From Elusimicrobiota bacterium (GTDB taxonomy: Bacteria > Elusimicrobiota > Elusimicrobia > JACQJN01), in NCBI GenBank assembly GCA_016205045.1, contig JACQJM010000147.1:1-10628 (forward strand): a stretch of 10,628 nucleotides of DNA, written 5' to 3'. Below are positions 1 through 6,600 of the stretch, piece by piece. Positions within the stretch are counted from its first letter, which is position 1; every line of letters begins with the position of its first letter. Made by a program: the position numbers and the translations under genes. A model generated the notes under the pieces. That model saw nothing but the letters and a program-made list of their open reading frames with translations, was not told where the DNA came from and did no database searches.

Positions 1-63
1 CATCCTACCATGGGATTAGGACTGACTTTGCCGCGGCCCTTTTGGGCAAGTTTGAGAACCTGA
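1..63 (+). CDS. Possible 3' end of an upstream plus-strand CDS. Frame 1 reads ...GLGLTLPRPFWASLRT and stops at TGA 61-63. Frame 3 alternatively reads ...DFAAALLGKFENLTHPK and stops at TAA 73-75.
   Basis: Reading frames are open to the window edge. A plus-strand intrinsic terminator follows at 130-154. No start codon is visible, so the product is unknown. Confidence 0.2.
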   Translation, partial: HPTMGLGLTLPRPFWASLRT

Positions 64-81
64 CTCATCCAAAATAAGTCA

Positions 82-109
82 GGGGCGAGGGGTGAGGGGT
101 GAGGGGTGA
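82..109 (+). repeat. G-quadruplex-type repeat GGGG-CGA-GGGG-TGA-GGGG-TGA-GGGG-TGA (tandem GAGGGGT heptamers) on the plus strand
   Basis: Read directly from the sequence. There are four G4 runs separated by 3-nt loops at 82-106. Confidence 0.7.
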
Positions 110-129
110 ACTTATTCTTCATTTTTCCG

Positions 130-154
130 AAAAAGGGGTCTGTCCCCTTTTTTT
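130..154 (+). terminator. Rho-independent terminator, plus-strand orientation. The structure is AAAAAGGGG-tctgt-CCCCTTTTT followed by T7. It is also hairpin-competent on the minus strand, where a T5 run follows.
   Basis: GC stem GGGG/CCCC at 135-138/144-147 is extended by A:T pairs. The loop is TCTGT. A T-run lies at 148-154. Confidence 0.6.
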
Positions 155-160
155 ATATTG

Positions 161-188
161 AAATAAAAAACCCCGAAGGTCTTCGGGG
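161..188 (-). terminator. Rho-independent terminator for minus-strand transcription arriving from the right
   Basis: Hairpin CCCCGAA-ggtc-TTCGGGG spans 171-188 and has a 7-bp GC-rich stem. On the minus strand it is followed by TTTTTTATTT (the complement of 161-170). On the plus strand the downstream side is not T-rich, so the terminator is unidirectional. Confidence 0.65.
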
Positions 189-189
189 T

Positions 190-684
190 GTATAAAAGCA
201 GACCGGTTCCTTTCTTTGAAGAAAGAATCGATTTAAGGCTCTTCTCCCATCCGGACTATACCGTCGGCTCCCGATTCCAACGGGATCCACCGTTGCCGGT
301 CCGGTGTAACACCGGACAAAATTACCCTTTGGTAAGGATAAGCGGCATCGGGTCGTAGGCTCGTCCTTGCACTTTACTAGGTATCACATTAATAAGTGCA
401 TGGCATCGCTACCGGTGGGGACTTTCACCCCGCCCCGAAGAGTGACTATATTTTACTAACCTGAGAACTTCAGTTCAACTGAAGTTCTCCCTGCTACGCG
501 GCCACACCTTCTTGGTTAGCCAGCCCTCAACAGATCGAAAAGCTCGAAGGTGCGGGGTCGCGCCCCTCACTTGCCAGACATCTGCTTTTACAGAGTCAAT
601 CCTGGCTAGTGCGGGGCTAATTTTTAGACGGATTCTGAAGTGGAAAGTCTTTAATCCAGTGGTCTGTAGACATTATCATTTTAA
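190..684 (-). other. About 480 nt of structured non-coding region between the stop of the 968-aa gene (TGA at 685-687) and the minus-strand terminator. It is a candidate ncRNA or a long structured 3' UTR of unresolved identity.
   Basis: Neither strand has an ORF longer than about 20 codons. There are many perfect local helices: GTCCGGTG-taac-CACCGGAC at 299-318, GGGG-actttca-CCCC at 417-431, an 11-bp perfect hairpin at 463-489, and GGGGTCGCGCCCC at 556-568. The region is bounded by the intrinsic terminator at 161-188. Confidence 0.3.
463..489. repeat. Perfect inverted repeat / hairpin GAGAACTTCAG-ttcaa-CTGAAGTTCTC with an 11-bp stem and a 5-nt loop
   Basis: Read directly from the sequence. 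No T-tract follows on either strand, so it does not look like a terminator. Confidence 0.8.
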
Positions 685-3591
685 TCAGGGTGTTATGAGT
701 TTTATGACCTTGACGATTATCTCGGTACAGATTCCCCCGATACCAGTGAAAAAGCTGATCAGTCCGATTTGAGCTGTAAAATATTGGAGGATGTATCCCT
801 TCCCACCAAGTATAGATCGGCCACTAATTATGAAGCCTGCAATGAAAAGTAATACTGAAACCCACCAATGTGTTACAAGGGCCACTCCGACTCCGAGAGG
901 AATGCCTGTAAGAAGAGGGATGAGGAAGAAAGGAGGGATGAGGTCGAAAAGTTCTACGCTGCCGCGCTCGGGATTTTTGTAAATTCCCGAGCGGGCCATG
1001 GAGGCGTCTCGAATGTATTCCGTAAGGTCGAAAGGTAATACACCTCCGAAGGCCCAGCGTACGGTCGATTCTGTGTCCGGTCGCGGCTGAAGCGCATAGG
1101 TTTCAGTTGTAGGGGAATAGCGGTAGACGTTGCCTTGGGCGTCCACGTTTAAATATCTCCGGGTGGTTGTGTGTTTATAGGAATAAATGACCGTCCCATT
1201 GGTTTCTGTCTGGCCCATGAGCATAAACCAATGCCTGAGACCCCTGGGAACAAGTAGTTCTAAGGGGTACCATTGGGGGTCACTGCCCAGATTCTGTTCT
1301 CCAAATCTTCCCAGTTTTCTCTTCAAAGCATCGAGTTCTGGATTGGGACGAAAAGGACCCATAAGTCCTAGTGAGATGGGCAGTAGGCTTCCTGCTCCAG
1401 CGTGGTGAGGGGCCAGAAGGGAGAAAAAGGAAGTAATTGCCTTTTGGATATGGGGCCACAAGAATATTGCTAAGGCGATTATTCCGAGGATGGCTAAAAC
1501 CTCGATGAGCCAATAGACAACCGTCCCACGCTCAGCGTTCTTGTAGATTCCCAGATGGGTAAGGATTTGTCGGATCTTTTTGAAGGGCCAAGATAGAATC
1601 TCACCCACCACGCCAAGTCCTGCGATTGCCATAATAGCCAGCAGGCCGAACAAAGAAGGACTCCCCACTCCGGCTTGGGAGATAGGTCGGGAAGTAAGGA
1701 GAGCCTGGAATTGGGAGATGGGGTCTGATTCGACAGGGTACGAAAAGGCGTAAAGAATGGTCACAAGCGCTCTGAGTAGTAATGTGAAGAGTACCGTGTA
1801 GATGCTGAGCTTTATGATTCTGCCGGCTTTCTCCTGAATTCTCTTGGACCTTCCTTTAACCCTTACTGCTCCAGAGGCTACGCCCACAACTAAAAACACC
1901 GCAAACAAACTGGGCAGGTATATAGGGCTTGTTCCCAGAATACCCCCAATAGCAAGGGCCGTGAAGTTCCAAGGATTCTTTAGGAAATTAAAAGTGATCG
2001 CGAAGATGTTGGGTTTAGGGACATAGGCCTCCATGTCTATCATGACAATGGTGTCTTCCGTGGGCAGGGGAATTTCGGAGACTTCTACCAGGGTGCGCTT
2101 TGGAAAAGGGGCTTGAAAATATTCTCTATAGACTTTCTCGAGCCCCGCCTTATTCGCGGCCATATCTTTTATGGTTATGGTTACGTCGGCCACATCTTTA
2201 AGACTGCCTCCCGCCGCTTTTAAAACAGCCTTGAGATTTTCTAAAGCTTGTCGGGTTTGTGGTTCAATGCCTCCCGGCACGACTTCATCTGTTTCTGGGA
2301 TATTTCCTGTTTGTCCCGATAAAGTGACCCGAATATTTTTTTGGAGATCGACGGCCACAGCTTGGCTATAGCTTCCTGGAGGTGGAGCCTTCTTTGTTTG
2401 GATGGTTGTGTGTCTTGTGGATACTGGAGTTATTTTATTCTTGCGGCGTTTAAAATCATTGAGTAATTGAAAAAATCTAGTACTGGAAATATTTTGAAAG
2501 GTGAACCGGCCGTCCGGACTGATAATATAGGGCGATTTTTCAGCGCTCTCCACTGCAGAATTGGCAAAGCGAGATAGGGCAGCTCCCGCTTTTTCTGCCC
2601 AACGCCGGATGCTGGATTTTGTCAAATCTGGAAATTGTCGTTGTAAGGCCAAGAGTTCAGTCCTGGTACGCTCTTCTGCCGCCTCCTCGTTGGGCTCTAA
2701 TTTCCTAAATCCATATTGAATGCCTGGAAATGGAGTGACGGTGGGACTAGGAAGTGCGTGTTTGTCTGCGTATGTTGCCAAAATATTTTTTAGATGCCTG
2801 ATCTTTTTTTGGGCTTCCTCGCGTGAAATGATGGTTGGTACGATGACAGTTGTTTCTATTCTTGTAGGAGGTGGCTGAATTTCTGCGGAGAAGGGGGTAC
2901 GCCTAACGGGGCCGGAAATAGGTTCCCCGCGAAGGCCAAAATCGTCAAAGCGTGGGGCGGCATTCACGATGAGAGCTTTTTTAAGTTCCGCAACTTTTTT
3001 TTGGGCTTGCGCGCTTATTTGATGAACTCCGGGGCCGTATAGATCAAGGCTTCTGGTCTGATCTTGAAAAGCCTCCCAATCGGCCAGACTGTGATGATTT
3101 GTGATCATTCCATTCAGTTTCCCACGGACAAACTCTTCTATATGGGGAACCAGGATTTGATAGGTTTGTAAAAACTCTCTTCCTAATTCTTCTTGTTTTT
3201 CAATGGGAAGTTCATTGATGCGCTCGAGATCAGGAAGATGTTTTCGATTCAGGGCGAAGGCGAGGGGTCCGAGAGCTTCTAAGTCATTAGGATTGTTAAA
3301 CCTAAAAGTCTGAAGGTTAGCTAAGTTAGGCGCCTGTACTAGAATATGGGAGATGACGGGGTTGCTGATATCGAGCAGAAAAGTCTTTAGGCTTGCCAGG
3401 GCATTGAGAGTGGTTGCCGGGGCCGGTGCAAATAGAGGAATGCGCTGCCCAAAGGGTATTCCAGAGTTGCCCGAACTTGAGGCCGCCGCCAGGGCACGAG
3501 TGACCTCAGGCCCCAGGGTGGTGATGAGGAGGGATGTTATTAAGAGAGCAGAAATTTCCTGCTTCAATCGCAATAAACCGATTTTTTTCAT
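685..3591 (-). CDS. 968-aa exported multi-pass membrane protein with an internal RidA/YjgF (enamine/imine deaminase) domain. It is a paralog, in its N-terminal part, of the upstream 1391-aa protein. The family is unknown.
   Basis: Long ORF with a GAGGA ribosome-binding site 8 nt upstream of the ATG. The N-terminal signal peptide is MKKIGLLRLKQEISALLITSLLITTLGPEVTRALAAA, with an AxA-type cleavage site. Residues ~402-525 align along their whole length with RidA/TdcF. The conserved pieces are GSYSQAV, LSGQ and QTRQALENLKAVLKAAG, followed by a PKRT motif carrying the arginine and then LVEVSEIPL. From ~aa 528 to the C-terminus there are about 8-10 hydrophobic helices. A ~130-aa soluble loop sits between them. 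The motif GIYKN[AP]ERG[TS]V occurs twice. Confidence 0.85.
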   Translation of the reverse strand: MKKIGLLRLKQEISALLITSLLITTLGPEVTRALAAASSSGNSGIPFGQRIPLFAPAPATTLNALASLKTFLLDISNPVISHILVQAPNLANLQTFRFNNPNDLEALGPLAFALNRKHLPDLERINELPIEKQEELGREFLQTYQILVPHIEEFVRGKLNGMITNHHSLADWEAFQDQTRSLDLYGPGVHQISAQAQKKVAELKKALIVNAAPRFDDFGLRGEPISGPVRRTPFSAEIQPPPTRIETTVIVPTIISREEAQKKIRHLKNILATYADKHALPSPTVTPFPGIQYGFRKLEPNEEAAEERTRTELLALQRQFPDLTKSSIRRWAEKAGAALSRFANSAVESAEKSPYIISPDGRFTFQNISSTRFFQLLNDFKRRKNKITPVSTRHTTIQTKKAPPPGSYSQAVAVDLQKNIRVTLSGQTGNIPETDEVVPGGIEPQTRQALENLKAVLKAAGGSLKDVADVTITIKDMAANKAGLEKVYREYFQAPFPKRTLVEVSEIPLPTEDTIVMIDMEAYVPKPNIFAITFNFLKNPWNFTALAIGGILGTSPIYLPSLFAVFLVVGVASGAVRVKGRSKRIQEKAGRIIKLSIYTVLFTLLLRALVTILYAFSYPVESDPISQFQALLTSRPISQAGVGSPSLFGLLAIMAIAGLGVVGEILSWPFKKIRQILTHLGIYKNAERGTVVYWLIEVLAILGIIALAIFLWPHIQKAITSFFSLLAPHHAGAGSLLPISLGLMGPFRPNPELDALKRKLGRFGEQNLGSDPQWYPLELLVPRGLRHWFMLMGQTETNGTVIYSYKHTTTRRYLNVDAQGNVYRYSPTTETYALQPRPDTESTVRWAFGGVLPFDLTEYIRDASMARSGIYKNPERGSVELFDLIPPFFLIPLLTGIPLGVGVALVTHWWVSVLLFIAGFIISGRSILGGKGYILQYFTAQIGLISFFTGIGGICTEIIVKVIKLITP
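2017..2388 (-). other. RidA/YjgF/L-PSP family domain embedded within the 968-aa CDS
   Basis: The translated segment APPPGSYSQAVAVDLQKNIRVTLSGQTGNIPETDEVVPGGIEPQTRQALENLKAVLKAAGGSLKDVADVTITIKDMAANKAGLEKVYREYFQAPFPKRTLVEVSEIPLPTEDTIVMIDMEAYV matches E. coli RidA/TdcF motif by motif: the Tyr of GPY, SGQ, Q-R-SLDNVKAIVEAAG, and PARS-VEV with its Arg. Confidence 0.8.
3484..3526. repeat. Nucleotide-level repeat shared by the 5' coding ends of the two giant genes. The partner copy is at 7719-7761. Identity is about 79% over 43 nt, with a 16-nt exact core ggccccagggtggtga.
   Basis: Aligned by eye. On the minus strand the repeat encodes the conserved TTLGPE[VF]TRALAA signal-peptide block in both genes. 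Confidence 0.7.
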
Positions 3592-3644
3592 AGATTAAGT
3601 TCCTCTGTAGAAACCCATTGGATATTGCAGTTTTGATCCAATCT

Positions 3645-6600
3645 TTACTTAATGCCAGTTTTATCTTGAAGTTTTTTGACTTGTTCCTTCAAGGTTTTTA
3701 TTTCTTCTTGCGTATTAGAATCATCTATAACAAGAAAGAATGTTGCCACGGGCCCAAGTAAGAGAGACACCAAAAACCAGTTGAAACCCGAACGCCCCTT
3801 ACCTTGTGCGATACCTGCATTGATTAATGACAGAGTCCCCCAGCCTACTGTGAAGCCATTTAGGGAGGTGCCATTCTCAGCTAAAGCTAAATGAGGAAAG
3901 AGTGATATTCCTAGAGCAGATAAGAGGAGTGTGAGCAGTAGAAGTACTCCCATTTTTACTGAACCTCTTTCAGATCGGGCTTTGGCTATTTGGGTTTCCA
4001 AATCTGAATCGATCTTTGCATCGACCCAGTTAGATTCCTGGTTTCTGCGGGAGGCTACTTCTTTCTCCACAGCCTGCAGGGTACTCAACACGGGAGCGAA
4101 CCCAGTTCGGGCGCTGGACCCATTATTGAATAGATTGGAAAATAACCCAAACAAAGGAGGGAGAAGCAAGTCCATGAACATTCCGTTTCCAGCATCAACG
4201 GAACTGCCAGCATGCCCGGGCAGAGCCGCGCCTAGATTTTCGGCTTTGATGGTTTCATCGTTCTGTAGAGCGGTGATCATAGGGCGCAAAGATTGTAGTC
4301 CCGCATTAGCGGCAGAAGCCTCAGATTGTGCTGCAGAAGCTTCTGAGGCCGCTAAGGCTCTGTACATTCCGCTGTGATCCTCATAAGTGATGGAGGTATT
4401 ACCTTTAGAGTCTGTGTGGGTTACCGGAACATTGGTGTTCATGGCGGCCATGGCCAAGTAGGATGTTTCGCTGTTTCGATGAGAAATCATGCTGTCGATA
4501 TGATGGTCGATTTCACGTGCCAAATCAGCAGCGGGCTTAAGTTTCTCATTAAATAACGTGCTGAGCCGGTCTAGATGGTCGCGGTGTGTCTTGAACTCCC
4601 CACTTTGTGCATATATTTTGTCGCTGACCCGTTTGCGCATGGCGCTGTTGAACCTATCATATAGGGCTTCTTCTGTAACGATGTCTGTCTTTTCAAATCC
4701 TTCTAGTTCTGCCTGAGTTTTCTTGGATTGCTGACCCATCTTTCCTTTAAAGAGAGGAGGAATTTTCTTGACAAAGTTTGCGATGTTCTCTGCGATTGTG
4801 TTGGCGGTATTATTTTCCTGATCAATTTCGGCCGCAAAGGATTTGAGCAGTAAGGCCAGAGAGCCTTCGAAACCTGTGCTTACAGCAGGGGCTTCTTTCT
4901 GAGTCAGTTCAGATTCCCAGATTTTAGAGAGTTTCCCCCCGATGCGCGAACCACTGTCTTCAGAAACGGTATTTTCATTGAGGTCTGCTCGTGCGGCCAC
5001 TAGAAGATCAAAAGCAGCATAGGTTTCTGCTAGTTTAACAGGGTCCTTGGTGGCATTGTCCACTCGCTTTGCTTTAGATGCTTTGGCTTGATCTAGGGCT
5101 ACGGTCATTCTTTTGTGACGGGCTCTGGCTTGTTCGCCAATCCGATCCAGAGCGGAAGCATTATTAGCTTGTTGGGCCTCTTCGATGCGCACCATATCTG
5201 CCGCGCTTTTGGATTTTTTCCAGACTTGGTTTTTTCTGGAGGAGTAGTAATAAAATCCAGCCAGAGTGATTCCTCCCGCAAGTACTACCGCGGCGGTGAT
5301 CAGAGCCCAAAGAGGGAACTGGCTCAAGAAGCCGGTCTGAAAGAGACTATTAGCAGGTTCGGACCAGCCATCTAAGGCATCTGCCACGGCGGTTTTGAAA
5401 TGGAATAATGTTCCTAGGGAGGATAAGAGGAGTGTGAGCGTCAACAACCCTTTCACTTTCCCCGATTTTCCTCCGGGTTTGGTTTCTGGTTTTTGTTTAT
5501 TCTTTCTGTCCAGGTAGGAGTGGTGAGATTGATGCACAAAAGCAAGTCCTAATAGGATGGCGGCTAGGAAGGCCAGTCCGATGATGATTCCCGCGCCCTG
5601 GATTGAGAAGCTGGAAGCTGCGGCTTGAGTCAGTAATTCCGAGGCATGGGCCGGGGTGGGGTTGAGAATAACCCGAACAAGGACGGCAATCGTGAATGTG
5701 GAGAGGGCGTAATTCCTCGTATCTTTTAGAATTTCATCGGCGTCTTTTATGAAGTTTTGGGAATTCCACGAGGGCAGAACAGGTAAGATCACCAGGAGAG
5801 AGGAGACGGCGAGAGTCAATCCAGTTGCCAACAAAAAAATCCCAACGGAGGAAAGAGGAAGCATTCCAAGAAGCGCACCAACGACGAGACTGCTTACACC
5901 CAGGTGTGTTTTGTAGAAACTGCCGACCGAATTCAAAACGGACTGGACCGGCGGATGATATTTTCTGTATTCCTGAGCTGTTTTTATTCCTCTCTCCAAC
6001 AGGTCGATACCATATTTTTTAAAGGTCTTTAAGGCTTCCTGGTCTTTAACCGTGGTTAGAAATTGAATTGCCAAAGGATTATCTTCCAGGGCTACAACCA
6101 ATACCGAAGAAATTCTTTTTAATCCTGTTTTGGTTCCATTCCAATCGACAAGTTCCTCATCTACTCTTTGTCTTAGTTGTTCCAGGCTTTGGGGGTCTCC
6201 AATTTCCAAGAGAGCTTTTACAGCATCGAGTGTGTAGTATAGGATCATCTCATGCTTCTCTTGATCTATGAGATTCAGGATGGGTTGAGCGAGTTTGGGA
6301 TTTTTGAGTTTTGCCGCTTGTTTGATAGCGCGTTGTTTTTGTTTTACAGAGGATTTTTCATCGGTAAGCGTGGCAATTAATCTATCAAAAGATTTAGCAT
6401 CCCAGTTTGCGAAAATGAAAAGAGCGGTCATGCCTGCAGCGATCATGCCTGCCACGAGTGCTAGGCTTTCTAAGGAACTCGTAGCGGGAACCAAGATTCC
6501 ATTGTCTTGGGCGGCCGAGCGGGACGGAAAGATCAATTGTGTGATACCTTGAACCAAGCCCATCGTAAGAAATAAAGAGAACCAACCCCGAAATATGTTC

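Noticed and set aside
414-431. The GGGGTGAAAGTCCCC motif on the minus strand is reminiscent of the GGTGAAA-TCC core of cobalamin riboswitches and of RNase P conserved regions.
   Set aside because: The flanking consensus is absent. There is no CCCGCCACTG B12-box. There is no GGAAAGTCCGGGC / ACAGAACCCGGC P4 pair for RNase P. There is also no downstream gene for a riboswitch to regulate.
494-520. On the minus strand, GCT AAC CAA GAA GGT GTG GCC GCG TAG encodes ANQEGVAA-stop. This resembles a tmRNA tag peptide ending in VAA. It is followed immediately by the 11-bp hairpin at 463-489. The upstream sequence GGGGCGCGACCCC...TTCGAG is loosely like a tmRNA 5' end.
   Set aside because: The distance from the GGGG start to the resume codon is only about 45 nt, too short for pseudoknot 1. 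No T-arm (GGTTCGAnTCC) or acceptor 3' strand with CCA is found downstream. There is no evidence for a two-piece permuted arrangement either. The match looks coincidental, and an Infernal tmRNA model would settle it.
512-772. 86-aa plus-strand ORF from the six-frame track
   Set aside because: It overlaps the 3' end of the 968-aa minus-strand gene and the structured non-coding region. It has no ribosome-binding site and low-complexity translation. It is a likely spurious shadow ORF.
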